From the NCBI RefSeq assembly GCF_964204645.1, contig NC_134025.1, positions 23,602,299-23,666,298 on the forward strand: a DNA stretch of 64,000 nt, read 5' to 3'. A model generated the notes under the pieces. That model did not search any database and was not told where the DNA came from. It saw only the letters and a program-made list of their open reading frames with translations. The DNA comes from Tubulanus polymorphus (Eukaryota; Animalia; Nemertea). The position numbers and the translations under genes were made by a program. Shown here in pieces: positions 49,800-64,000 of the stretch (the stretch's first letter is position 1; each line of letters starts with the position of its first letter).

Positions 49800-51934
49800 C
49801 GTTGCTCTGAAATGATGAAGATTTCTTATTTCAATTATCAATTAGATATACGACAGGTATTATATCATTTAGATTTACAATGCCCGACCTAGCATTCCAA
49901 AAATAGAAACAAATTTAAAGTTTTATGAAATATCTGTCAGTGTAAACAATTTTCGTTTTTGGATCAACCATTTCAATGCACTGATATTGACGAGTCAAAG
50001 TACATTGACCACACCTTTCTGCTCTCAGAGAAAGTGTCTTATCCTGTCCAATTTTAGAGTCCTCGTGTAGAGATTAATCAATATCTGCTCAAGGTTTTTG
50101 AACGATGATTGAATACGATTTCATATTTTTCTTGTGTCCAATTACGATTATAAATTCTGATTAACTTGTGAATGTTTGCGATAGTTGCGCGGTTTACAGA
50201 GAGTATGCAAGAAAAAGATGGTCAGAAAGATAGCACACGATCTTTAAACACACCTTGTGTGTGAGGCGAAATGGAAGTTGATATCAGTACTGAGACACAT
50301 TGACGGGTCAGTTCACCAGAGGGGTAGCAAAGCGTTCATTCATAAAGGAAACAGCTCGTAACCACACAACAGCGTGTTAGTTACCATAATCTTAAAAGGA
50401 CTAAGCAGCCAATGAAATAACTGAATTTCTGAGTCCTTTCAAAGCATGTTCTTCTTGACCCCTTAATGAATCTTTCACCACGATTATCTATCACGCTTAC
50501 TTGCTTGCGCGTCCGTTAGTTCATAGACACACGTCAATTACAGTTAGGCCTAACTGTGACTGTGCAGTTCGCCACTTACACATTTGACTTAAGTTTATTT
50601 TTTCTCTGGGATCGGTTTTTGGATATTTCGCTCAATAAAACGAAATGTCTTTTGAACACACACCTCAAATTGGTAAAGAGGCTCAATTTTATGAACTAAA
50701 TCAGTTTCCATTCCTGGCATTCAAAATCAAATCACATTATCAAATTCTATTCAATTAAAAGATCATGGTTCGTAGGCATGGAAACACAGGAAATATATTG
50801 TTTAAAACCAAAAAATGACCGGTCATTGCTCTGTAAATATGAGAAAAAAGAGTTTCCGCAATCCTTCAGTACAATTTGTGCATGTTCAAAATTTAAGAGA
50901 AATACCCCCAGACAACCCCCTGCAATCACAGTGACATTTTGAAAGAATAGTCTTGCTCCCTTTGAAAAAATTGGCAAAAGTTACTCAATAAGGTGATCTG
51001 AATTGGTGTTGTTCCGTGTATGAAAACGTTACGAGACTATTACGTAGAAACCCCCTGCTTTCACACAAAATTATTCTCTGGATGTCTTTGTAGCCTAAAG
51101 ATTATCATTGTTAAGAATAGTTATAGAATTCAGAAAGGTATTCTAACAGGTTCTGTTCCATTGATAATATGTTATAGACATATTACATACTGATTGGAAT
51201 AATTCAATTCAATGCGGAGATAGAGCACATTTATAAAACTTTTAGGTGAGAGATTTAAAAAAAAACTAAAAACCTCGAAAATTGAAATAACACGATACAG
51301 GGAGCCGCGAAACTGCAACATCGCAACAAATGATAATTATACATCCGTTTTCACATTAAGAAAATTGTGTATAGATTTTTTTTATCTATACGTTTATCAA
51401 TTATGCATACGAGAGAGTTGCGCGTTATATAAATGAGCAGGAATCACTAGTAGGTTATGATCCGGTACGTAATTTTAGTGTAATTCGACTCCTCACTAGA
51501 AGTATGGAATGTCTTAGAACAAAAACACGAAGGTCAGAAGAAGAACAGAGTGGAATGCATCTTTAACCAAAGAGAGCTGAAATCTATTTTATGCGGTGTA
51601 AAATGAGAACAACATAACCGCTGTTGCAGGTGTGGTAAACTTCTCGATGAACCCTAAGTGAAAAGCTCGTTCATTATTGCGTTACTGTAACTTATCAAAC
51701 ACGATTTATCCCTTACGTGTTTTGACTTTTCAAGCAAACAACCCTTTTCATTTTGAAAGTCTTGATAGAAAATATATATAGTGATAAGCTTTTTATCATT
51801 TGCAAATTGTAAAAAATAGGAATTAGGAGATTAGCAAAAAATAAAACCGGAAAGAGATAAGCAGATTTCATAATCATGTAAACTTGCGTTGTTAGTAAAG
51901 AAAAAAGTCATAATCAGAATATGAATTGTCCTAC

Positions 51935-52011
51935 CTTCGATGAAAGATCCGCATGAAACGATTTCTGAACTAACTGTAATGGTATGTTGTAGAAATGCCG
52001 CTCTTTTATAA
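51935..52011 (-). promoter_or_regulatory. TATA box and probable non-coding first exon of the repeat-protein gene
   Basis: TATAAAAG on the minus strand at 52010-52003. Donor GAAG|GTAGGA at 51935/51934. Acceptor CATTTCAG at about 49807, just before the ATG. Confidence 0.55.
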
Positions 52012-55000
52012 ACTTCTTGTCGGGGTGAAGTAACCTCGCTTCACTGACGGAGATATTTGAATAATAAAGCAGCTAATCTGCAATTATACAAGGTGCCCGC
52101 CAGGGGCTGCACACGCACCGCAAAATACACACGAATTCGATTAGGTAAAAATGAGATTTCCAGATTCAATTAGACATTCATTGATGAACGTCCACGAAGC
52201 GAATGAGCGCGCTTTCGAAAAGCTAATGAAACGAACCAAACTGATGGCAATGTTCCTCAAAAGTGAAGTAAAATGTTTGTAGTGAGCACCGGATAAATTT
52301 CCTGCCTTTATTGCCGGTATCGATCAGCTGCGATTGATCTTAAGCAGTCGTAATCGAATATTTGAGCGTCACCGATTTGACCATAATCGTGTGATAAGCC
52401 GGAAAATTACACGCGGGAAATGATGACGTAGAAGATTGGCGAACCCGTCCCGGCTCACGTATCACATTCCCAGTTTAACCTTTAACGCGGAAGCTTGGTA
52501 CTAAATTTATCACATGAAACAAATTATTGATTTTTATAGTCCATTTCTATCAGTCAGTCCGAACGGTCAGTCTAGCTGTCATTCAGTTATGCTCAAGTAT
52601 CTGACTCTACCGCTCGAGTCAGCACCTTTAAAAATCATATCATGAAGTACCCTGTGTTTAGTGTGATACCGATATTGCAAGATTTTGTTTTCTGTCAATC
52701 AATAAGAAAGGGAGCCCAGACATACGTAAAAAATATGCGACGCAATATCAAGATCATTACAATGGCTAATACATTAACTCGTTTTGTCCAAATTGCATAG
52801 ATGTAGGCTATAAGGACATCCAAATATCATGATATCAAGTATTCTTATATACATACGTACACACGAAGTACTTACAGCTCAAGCATTACTGAATGAGTTT
52901 TAACTAAGTAAATTAGGTAGATGACAATGTACAAAATATTTTTCGTAGGACATACTGAATCACATATTGAATCAATTGGTTTAATAGAAGCAGCGATAGA
53001 AAACAAGTCCTGAAACAAGGTGGTGTTTTCAGGACCTAAGAGGTGCTGAAATCAACGTTACGGCCTATAACAAATAAAAGTGTTTTCAGGACCTAAAAGT
53101 TGATTCCAGTAGGTGCAGAAATCAACTAGTTGTTTACGTGACGTGCTGAAAACAACTTTCTTAAACTTTTTTTAGAATCGACATGAGATTCTGTAGCCCG
53201 AATCAGCAACCAGAGTTAGCAATTCAGGCATTAAAACGTAGGCATACGTATCTCCCCCCTCGATTGTGAAATAAGGAATTGTAAGAAGCGCGACTATGTT
53301 ATTTAGTGCATTCTATACGTCCACACGCCAATCATACGATTTTTTAGCATGTGATTTTATTATCTCGCTTTGATATATATTATGAATTACGGGAAATTAA
53401 TGGATCCTGTTTGACATAGTTCTTTTTAATGGTCCACCTTTCACGATGAACACACGGCTATAAACTGAAAACTGTGGGCATGTGAAAAAAGGTATATGTC
53501 AGTGAAAATTCATTCAAATCGTGTGGCTGTCGTCTTACAAGCACAAATTTTTACGTGAGCGTTCATAATAATTCATATTTGAGCCCCTGTTTTTAAAAAT
53601 GGGGTGTTCATTGAACTGAATACATACACGTAGGCATATACTGGTACCGAGGACGTCCTAAATAGCGCCGCTCGTTTTCAATTCTGACCACCCGTATAAA
53701 AACATAACCGTATTTTAATGAACAAATAATGGGTTCCTTTGAAAATTCTCTCGGTTAATGCAAAGACGGGTTTAACCCGTTGTGGGTAAATTATTAATTC
53801 AGTTGAAGCGTTTACGCATTCGTGATTTTACATATATGAGACGTGCGTATATTTTCATACATATAATGGGGTGCGTAGGCCTAATTCAAATTTCATTTTT
53901 TGCACCGGACATATTTTTTTTCATAGTGTCAAAGCCGAGACAGAAATATTGATCCGATCCAAGAGATTGATGTTAAAACCCTACAAATCTATAGAAAACA
54001 TAGAAATTGAGATTTGAGTAAAAAAATAGAAGAAAATAATTCTTTTGCAGTTGAAGCAGATCTGTAATGGCCAAATTGAGACATGGGTGAGATGCATTTT
54101 GTCCACTGTCGAAATTGTTTTATGCCAATAGAGGAAATAATGTGCATAAAATAAAACCAACGGGTTTTAGACAAACATTCTAAGATACAGCCGAAAGGTA
54201 ACAACACTGGCATTGGCGTTTTGAGTAGCGCCAAAGTTGCAAATCTATTTTCGTACGGTTGATTGGTTTCCAGCTTGTTGTACGAAATTGATTCGGATTG
54301 ACGCATAACCTATAATCCTCATCACTTCGCACTGTATGCCACCTAGATATCCGGAATCCGATTTTTCATTTAAAATATATCTCTGATTTGCAGACGCTAG
54401 GGGGATTAGTTACCAAATAAAGACATGCTTTCGATAAACAAGTAATAAATGATATACGCATCTGATTTCACCTATCAACGTAATAACTAACTGAATGTAT
54501 TACTGGTTTATAATAACATTACCAATAACTATAATGCATCAATACACACAAAACGTGATACACACGAAACGGGCTTTGGCAACTTGGAAGAACAATTTAC
54601 GTTAACCTATAAGATATAGAGTTATCAATCCAAAATTTGAAGAAAGACTGATTTCCGCCGTAGATCTGTTTGTTTTCCTAAACAAGCGAACAGTCTGAAC
54701 CTATTTTGTAAGCACGACGGAACGCCCATGAAAAATCAAACCCCAGTAGCATTTCCTTTTCACACCGGAAAAGCAATTATTAACGGTCCTCTGATTGTGC
54801 AATGGACTGACTAAAACGATATCGGGGTTACGTATCACTGGCGACATTAGAATACAGCTCATCGGCTCCGATAGTCCGCTAGTCAAGTTTCTCTCCACGC
54901 TTGTCAGTTTCTTCATTTCAAATCGCTGTTTCTTCCTTGCACCACGAGAGATAACCAGCCAACATTTAAGAGATTTCTAGGTTAATTTTGCAAAATGAAA

Positions 55001-56687
55001 ATTCACTTTATCTACAAAAACAAGCAAATTCAACTTCAGCACCGTTCAACTCACGAATTTTGATTTTACTTTCTTCCTTTCTTCCGTACGAAGCGTTATT
55101 GAAAAATTTTTATGATTATCATCCGCATTCGGTTGATCTTAGATGATTTGACCGATAGTTGTGTAGCATTCAGTAGATCTCAGCACGGAATCACTATATT
55201 TAATGCCAAGGAAAAAATGCTTAATCAAATCAAGGACCTTGCGCAGGAGATCATGCAGGTATGAATCTGTATCAATGAACCGGCACCATCAACAGTCGTG
55301 TTCTAGATCTGAACGGTCATTTTTGGAAGTATCGTAATCTACAATATTAGGCTTTATTGTTAGACATTTTGATAAGTAATGTTTTTTGTGAAGTTTGGAT
55401 ATTCATAAAATGGCCGACGATCGTCGATAATTGTGTCGAATGTGAGAAAAACGGACAGGCCTCAGATTATCTTCCCCTTTCACATTCGACACATTAGTCA
55501 AAATTAAAAGATCCAAAATTTGAATCGTATTCATAGATCCGTATCGTCTCACACCCTATTTAAACAGCTATAAATTAAAACTGATATCAATTAGAAGAAT
55601 TTATACGGTGATTACTTTCTTATATTTCTAAAGCATTTTTTGGTTTTCTGCAAGTGAATATTGATAGATAGAGTAAATATGACTGCGCCATCTTTACAAA
55701 TTACATCGTAATGCGATGTTTATTAGTCAACTGGAGTCCAACCTTTGCGAGGGAAATTCCATTGGGCTAACCAGGGGGTGCCTGTGGGCGTGATCTACGA
55801 TTTCTAAAATGTTAAATGTGCCCATACGCACTGACTTAATCGGTCATAGATATTATAGTATCTTTTTTTGAAATATCGGGCAATTAGGCCTATAGGGTGG
55901 GTTTTGTGGTAACAAATATATGACCGTGGAAACGGGCACACGTATTGCGATAGGTTCATAAACTAAACGAAAAAGACATAGTCTCGAAAATAATGTTGAT
56001 TTATGTAGGATGCTAGTAAAATGGATGATTTCAAGTTTGGTGTAACTTTAAGCTAAATGACAGATGTAATTTTGTTGATACGGATTAACTCCAGGGCCGA
56101 AATACCCATTTCCTTTTCGGATCCTCTGCTAGGATTGAATTACACCCTCAAAATTAACAGCGGACAGCGGACGTATAATATTTCAACGTTTGTTTTTTAA
56201 AGTACCGTGGCTGGGACTGACTGTAGTCGCAGTGACAGAAAGGTACAGTTTAGGGGGTCAATCAGGCATAACACGGAATGCCTCACACTGTAAAGCTGCT
56301 TGCTATTAATATTGTTTTTCATCTATAAAAAACTAAGAAATTGTCTGTTGCCATCATGTATTTTGTATTTGAAGAAGGATATGAACAACAAAGATATCTT
56401 TCATTAACCGTCAGTCGAGACAGCCTTGTACGGTTAATTACTGGTCATGTCAAATTGCGGCCAACCAATCTCTTAAAATACCTCGTATAATCACCTCGCT
56501 TCGTTTCCTCTCTGTAGTTGGTATCGGTATATAATTTCACATAAAAAAGAAATGATTTATATAGGCCCTATTGTATTTTTCATTACACTTGGGGATGACC
56601 ATTAGTGCGTGGTCGAGAAATGTATGTATTTTTAAGTCTATGTCTGAATGAACTCCAGGCCCGTAGAGTGGGGTGCGGTGGCCGTAA

Positions 56688-58127
56688 AGCCCGCGCACAC
56701 GGCATAACATTTGTTTCGCCAAACAGAAAACATGTTTTTCACATAACGTTTTTCGTATAACGTTTTGCCCGCAAACGATAAAATGTTCAACACACACGGC
56801 ATAACGAAAATGCGCAGAAAACATTTCTTGCACCATGGACTCCATGGAGACAACAACACATTCGTTTACTCACATAAATTTTTGTATTTATTATTATTAT
56901 CTTTATTGCTCCATTTTTTTAAACAAAATTTCGATCACAGAAAAGAAAATAAATTATTGTCACATGCATACATACATATATACAAATTACAGTTTTAGGG
57001 TTCCGGTTTAAATTCGGAGTTAGAGTTGATAAAGCTCGTTTAGTTTCTTCAGAAAAATAGATAAATTACGCAGCACAGTGAATGTCTTTTGAACTAAATA
57101 GCTGCGAGAATTTATGAAGATTTGGGTTTTCATAGAAATATGCTAATATATATAGTTTACGGAGGTCTTCAAAGAAACTACACTCCAAAACAACATGATA
57201 CTCGTCACCGATTTTGTTTAGGTTACATCTGGTACAAATTCGTTCTTCTCTCGGTATATTTACGTATCTGCCTGTTTCTATGGGTAAGGCATGGTTCGAG
57301 CATCGGAATTTTATCAGTGTCATTCTCAGATTAGGAGTAAGTGAGAGTGAACATGTTTCCATACCCCATTCTGGTCTTATAATGTTATAAGTATCTAGTT
57401 TTGACGAATTTTCTTAGTTTTGACGCCAATCTTGTCTAAATTGATCTTGCAATCTAAGTTTCATTGATTCCATTAAATAATTAACGTTGGGGAAATTTTG
57501 TTTATACCAGATGTAACCTAAACCACAGTTTTCAAAAATCGATTGAACGTAACTAGTCCATTTACTAGGCTTATCGTTGAGGTGATTTTCGTATACAATA
57601 CGGTACATTTTCACAGAATGGGTCTCTTCGTGTAAAAAGGTGGGCCCAAAAAACTTAACTACTTTCAGTTTTACTTGAATTTCTATTGGAAAACATCCAG
57701 TTTCTCCATATACCATACAGTTTGGCGTAGAGCGCTTTAATTTCAAAATATATTTACAGAACATTAGGTGTATACGTTCTATTTGTGTAGGGTTTGCAAA
57801 AACCAGACCTCGCTATCAAAAAGGATTGGGGCGACTAGTGCATCAAATAAACGAATACCATAATGATGCATTGTTGCTCGCTGATTGGTTATTCAGCCGT
57901 GGATGTTTTGCAAAACACAAAACATCGATCCACCGAACATGGGACGAAAAACGTTTTCAACAAGACACGAAACGTTTTTCGTAAATCAAGCAGTGCTTGT
58001 TTCGTGAAAAACGTTTTTCTGTTCGGCGTTTTGTGTTTTGACTCCCCGCACACGGCATAACAAAACACATCAAAACCGTTTTTCGCGAGAAAAAAATGTT
58101 TTTTTTCGGTGCCGTGTGCGGCGGGCT
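56688..58127. mobile_element. PIF/Harbinger-type MITE interrupted by a LINE insertion
   Basis: TAA|AGCCCGCGCACACGGCA ... TGCCGTGTGCGGCGGGCT|TAA. Internal AAAACGTTTT and CACACGGCATAAC repeats occur on both halves. Confidence 0.75.
56880..57860 (-). mobile_element. 5'-truncated, frameshifted non-LTR retrotransposon 3' end (RTE-X/L2-like ORF2 C-terminus)
   Basis: LFDALVAPIL..SEVW, FCKYILKLKRSTPNCMVYGETG, KFRCSNHALPIETGRY...EERICTRC...GDEYHVVLEC (CCHC finger). AATAAA followed by a (TAA)n-like tail at about 56910-56880. Confidence 0.85.
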
Positions 58128-59533
58128 TAACGACTGTGAGTTCGCATGTACGTCCAATACATCCAATTCAAAGCACCCCCCCCCTAACGACTTTTGCTGA
58201 ACTTAGTTCAAATAGAATTTCTTATGTAATGTGTTCTAAAATTGCCGACGATGAATAAGACAGAATATTTAAAAAATAGATTTATTTTTAGATTGAAAAT
58301 ATTGGCAATTGAACTGAATTTGCAACCAGCGGTAGCCCAATATTTAAGACCGTAGATATAATGCGGCGCTAGAACCGATAAAATATTAAATGATTATATC
58401 TCTCTGAGAAAACATTCAGATAAATAAACTCTGAAATATAATCAAAATATTTGAGAATACATCCAGATTATCAGTCAACCTGACCTAGTATTAAGGATCA
58501 TAAGACGAAAATGATAAAGGTTAAAAATCCAATGGAACTCGAGGACCCTTTCATGGTCGAATAAAGTTCACCAAGATGTTGGTTTTAACAGAGAGGACGG
58601 ATATACTACTATGGTTCCATTTTAAATTTTCGTGCGAGACAAGACTTTTGATTGTTCTTCTCTAGGCTTACTCCAGAAAAATGTTGTTCAGTGCGGTCCG
58701 AGCCACTAAACACAGGCGCAGATCCAGACTCATGAGGGGTGGACCCTTTCTGACCAAGCGCCCTGAAAATCACGTGAAAAAAATTCTTGAAACCCGACAT
58801 CATTCCCCATTTTTGAGTCCGAGTACAGCAGTTTCATGCACTAGAATTGCATAAAATGAACCTATATTTTCAAATTTTTCGTGGGGAGCTTCTTACAGAA
58901 TGCTGAACCTGTTTCAGAATCTTCAAACTCGATTGAGAATTGAGAGACTCAGACTACACACACACAGTGTACGGTATTTATAATTTATGGTGTATTATCA
59001 CTTCTACGTACAGATCGTATTCTATTGCTGTAAACTTATTTTTATCATCCTTTAAAGTTTAGAAATTCTTGTGGTATTTTCAATCATGTCTGTAAATATA
59101 TACTCTATTGTTCAAAATCCAATGTACATGTATTTGAATGGATCAATATAGATTTGAATTTGAATTGAATCCTATCGTTTATTGGACGATGGCGCAAGCT
59201 GTGTTACGCGACTGCTGATTGGTTTAGATCTACCATTCGCGAGTAATGTATCCAATAGCTGACTGCGTATTATCGTATCCCTACTTGTCCTGTTTAGAGT
59301 GTGTTTTCGCAAATTTGCAATGTTTGTAGTGTATGAAACGATTGTTGCGTCGGACTGAAGTCTGCATTGAGGTATATTATGAAAATTAAATTATGTCGTG
59401 GACTGTTCGACCGACTGACGCTTTATGATGCATTATGTTGACGCACTTCGGAATGAATTTCACTTTTCCGCCCATTGCGCTGGTACTACTACCGCTCGCT
59501 AGTTGGCTCTGTGGTCACTCTCAGTACCAATGA

Positions 59534-59668
<135 letters not shown>

Positions 59669-60910
59669 CATTTTCGAAGATGAGTAACTTATTGAAACTG
59701 ATTGATGATGATTTACGCAATGAACTTGGCCCACTTCATACTGTGAGCAAAGCCCTAACAAATCCTTGTAATGTAGTGGGCCTAGACTACATTTTTTGTC
59801 TGTAACCGTTTTTTGCAATATTTCGCTGAATTATTTGAGTAAAGATCTCAAATTGATCGCGATATGAACAGTGAAATTGTGCTGTCTGAATAAATCATTG
59901 TTTCATATCCTTCATACAGTATATCGAAAGATTGCCAGTCTTTTTTAGCCTCAACTTGATTTGGAGAAAAACTAGGCCTACCCCATTTTTGAATTAGATC
60001 GAAGTTTAATTACTGGCCTGTATCCCTGCCTACAGAGAGAAGTTATCTTAAAATTATCAAAATCATTTGGGGGCATGGAAACTTAAAAAACCCATTGTTA
60101 CCGTAAAGAATGGAGTCACTTTTTATTTTCTGGCCGTTCAACTTGCATTAAAGGAAATTTTTCAGCGATCCTTCAATTACATGTAATATGAATATAAAAT
60201 TGATTGTTCATTCAGACTGCATAATTTCACTGGTCATCTTAACACCAATTTGAGGTTTGTACTCAAAACATTTATGCGAAATACTCTGAAAACAGTTAAG
60301 AGACCATAAAATAATAATATAGACTATGATAGGCCAAGTCGTAGCTGATACCCTCAAGCTCCAGTCGAGATCCCAGTCCTGGATGTGCCTGCAATCACTT
60401 CCAGGGTACATGTATTAGCACAGGCTACGTACTTATGAATTGCTGCTTTAGTTATATTGGGGTTATATTATTTTACCATAGGGTGCTCTTGCACCTCCTT
60501 GATATATCTAAACTAAACAGCACTCATGGTCCTATTCCCTCAAATACGAAGAACCAGACATACCATGTACATGGAAATAGGTACATAAGAATTGAAAAGA
60601 ACTTTTCATTGGATGATTGGAAAATAGAGTTACAAATGTACTTCAGATTGGAAAATAGACTTACTACAGTTACAATTTGAAGCGGCCTAATTGGCCAACA
60701 CGCAAGCTATATATGTAATGTACACATTTTCTCATTTTAGCAACAGAAGGTGTACATGAAATACTTAGATCTTACTTTTTTGACTGCTGTAACAATGTGA
60801 TCATTTGATTATAATAAAAGGTAAAAAACGTCTATCATTCAAAGACCTATCTTAAATTGCCCTTGCCTTTAATATCCAACACTGATATATATGAACTTTT
60901 TGTATTACAG

Positions 60911-63900
60911 ACTTAAACTCGATTGATGATATGCAACAATCACCATCCCAACAATCACCATCTAACTTAGGCCTACCACGAATAGTTCAGTGGTATCAAA
61001 AAACTAATGCGCTTATCGATGGAATACCTACAAGCTTACTCTTGCCCATCTATGGAAAAGACTTCAAGGTTTCGAATCAATGCCTTGGAAGTAATGATAT
61101 AGAAACACAACCTTGCGATCTTGAGGGAAAAGGCGGAAAAGTAGTAACTAATTGTATTAAAGCGGATAAAATATCAGAAAAGACAAAGAAAATAAATGCA
61201 TACGATTCTTTTAAAGCACAATCAGCGGCATTCCCAGAACTGGAGACGCACGAACCATCTACGATATCATTATTGGGACAGAACACATCATTCGATAAAG
61301 GACAACAAGACATTACATTGCAAACATCTCACCAAAGGTTAGCTTTGCCTTTGAACAATTGTTCAAGCACAATAAGTAATGTTCATAAACAAATTGATGA
61401 AAAACAAACTGGTGTGCAGCATCAGCTGTTCAACACAAACTACAACAATGCATCGATGCCGCCATGTACAGCTAAAGATTTGACCTACGAACGACCAAAT
61501 CTCTTTATTCCTGATTCGCAAATACAGACGAAACCCGATGATTCGGGTACGGGTAACTGTCGAAAGATCTTGGCTCCTAACAGTTGGAATGCAAAAAATG
61601 TTTTGATATGCAACCCATCCAATCCAGCAAAAGATATAAAGAAACCTAGTAAAAGATGGGTAAAGAATAAAACTAAGCCTATGAAAGCTAAATCGACGTC
61701 AAGGTTCATAAAGCAGACACAAAGCGGGATGGAAATCCGAAATATAAATTCGATTTGTCCTACCTCCATTAGTCAGTTTACGCCTATTAAATGTGTAACG
61801 CCGAAAGAAAAAACCGAGACAAACCAGTTATGTTTGAAAGGTTATGTACCAAAAGCAAAATCAGAACCGAGTGTACTAGATACGCGCAGAGGTGCAACAA
61901 ACCGGTTACGTTCTGAAGACTACACGAAAGTTCTATCTCTATCATCTGGAGCAGATATAGCCGTAAAGCCTGGCGTAACGAACCATTCTAAGTCGTGTTT
62001 AGAAATCAACGCAGAAGTTCCCTACTCCAAACTGGAAAAACCATTGACACATCAGCACGGGTTCATTCGTCTTCCAGTTACGTCTAATTTAGTTGATTAT
62101 GGCGATGAAGGCTCCGGTAGCTTGAAGATACAAGATGTTTTTTGTCGCGACCCACGTTTCACAACAACGTGCACGGCGAAACAGTTGGTACCGTCGAACA
62201 ATGATGGGGTCCAAACGAAACCAATAAAAAACTCGGCTGGCAAGAAATCGCTTAGAAACGAACCAGATAGTAAGCTGACTGAGCACGCATTCGCGAAACC
62301 TCTCAAAGTGAGCGAAATTGCTTATCCAAAAAGGAAATGCGAGTCCATCATGTCTTCTTCCACCGTGAACAATGGAGATGTGGTGCGAGGCGACAATTAT
62401 CAAGTACTTTTGGCCCAATTAAATGTCGACAAACTTGCTGTAGATGAAACAGCTGTTGCTCCTGCGAACTCAGAAAATTATTCAAATGTTGATTATTCGA
62501 TGTTGCCAGTACAAATGACTGGCAAACAGTATAAATGTTCGAAGCCGTTCAGACTGGTAAAACGACAGCTAATTGAGGGAAAATTAAAATCATTTGTTTT
62601 GCCAATAAACGAAGCAGCTAATGCGGATGTTATACATGCATTACCACCCAAACCGAGTGAACATGGGAAGAAGGTGCCTGCCGTGAGAAACGAAGTTAAA
62701 CGATGTTCCTTGGATATGAAAAGAATGACGTCGAAATGCCGACCGAGTTCGGTTGACAAAACACCAAATTCCAATCAACAGCGAGGCGCCTTTGATAGTT
62801 TAGCTCGCATCTTTGCCGAAGTTATCGGTTCATTTTCCGATAAAAACGATACTCCTATTGAACAGAATGCAAATGAAAGTGAATGCGGTAGAACTTTTCC
62901 TGATTCCGGGCTGAAAGAAAAAAACATTGCTGACGATGGGCCTGTTTCGTTCCATGTAAGCGATGTCAGCGGAGCGAACCACACAGGCGTTGTTGAAAGT
63001 GAATCATCACTTGAGAAAATTAGTAAAGTGTCTACTATATCAATTTCCGAAGGAAAAACTGATTTGGCGAGCAAACCTGATGTGGCTGCCAACGGAAACC
63101 CGTGTGATGCAATCGGCAATATCCAGCCTGATTCGAAAAAGACTGTCGTTTCCTTATCCGATATCGTCAATCCCGATCCGATGAAAAGCGATGATAACAT
63201 GACGGTCGGTAATGTCCATTCGGAATCGAATGAGCCGATAGTTTATTCAAGGGTACCAGCCCCGCCGCGAATCTGCAAAGCTTATCGAGAACGATTTGGT
63301 ATCGTAAAAATGCCAATAGTTCGCTTGAAGAACGTCGGCTATTTGATGCGCAACAAACCGTCAGTTTTGCTAACACAGCCGAAAATGAAGAGATATCTCC
63401 GTCGAACGTATCCTCATGTACTAGATTCGTTGTCAGGGAAAGGTTTTCTCGCATCCTTGTCCCCAGATCTTGTACAGACACGCCCCCGTGTAACCAAACG
63501 TGGTCGAAAAAGTATAGCCGGATCGACTACTAAAACCGATGCAAACGATGCGCGAAATGGTAGATTTTCTTGCGCCACTGGAAGCCATTCAATCGACGAC
63601 GGAAAAACCGTGGAAAACATGCTGCAATGCAAACCGAAAAGCTCACCTGATAGAAGCACGTGTCTCGAAGTAGATGAGAAAGCCAGATATATTCGTTCTA
63701 GCGATTCAGTTCCCAGAAAAATCTCTCGACTGAAAACCGATTTAGTTATAGCTGAAGACGAGAGAAAAACCACCATAAGACGGCGGGTATCCAGATTGCA
63801 GACGCAAAAAGGCCTATGCACCAAATCAAAACTGATGAATGATGTGGATGAACACAAAGAAATCCCTTCTGCTGTCTCAAGAATACGTAGGAAATACATT

Positions 63901-64000
63901 AGAAAAGGAGTCGCGGAGAGATTGAAATCTACTAAAAGGCAAAAAAAGAAATCTGGGCGGTTGTATGAAAAGTCTCAAAAAGAATTATCATTAATATGTA
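60911..64000 (+). CDS. Large exon of an uncharacterised, mostly low-complexity S/K/T/N-rich protein, open at the window end
   Basis: Acceptor TTTTGTATTACAG at 60910, ATG at 60931. I read frame 1 to 64000 with no stop (>1,020 codons). It is absent from the ORF track because it has no stop in the window. Confidence 0.85.

Noticed and set aside
53010-53160. Short direct repeats (GTGTTTTCAGGACCTAA, GGTGCTGAAATCAAC)
   Set aside because: Only 2-3 degenerate copies, probably the remnant of a repeat element, with no termini identified.
61077-63899. Several minus-strand ORFs of 70-160 aa
   Set aside because: Antisense shadows of the long plus-strand exon.

Overview
Eukaryotic, AT-rich, gene-dense animal DNA with short GT-AG introns. 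A miR-279-family cluster implies a protostome, probably a spiralian (inference). Genes in order: 5'-truncated long coiled-coil gene (+, to 5365); isthmin-like AMOP gene (+); ankyrin plus GH20-like gene that lacks the catalytic Asp-Glu pair (-); CCDC28 with a U12-type intron (-), head-to-head with UTP20 (+); divergent PRD-class homeobox gene (+); two-domain C-type lectin (+); secreted or membrane protein with about 1,280 aa of DMRDTRA/DRR repeats (-); and a >1,000-codon open-ended exon missing from the ORF track (+, 60911 to window end). The main non-coding find is seven tandem miR-279-family hairpins in the largest UTP20 intron. There are also several MITEs, a LINE fragment nested in a Harbinger-type MITE, a convergent CTCF-like motif pair and a (TA)66 tract. 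Exon boundaries and pairings were read by eye and no database search was run.
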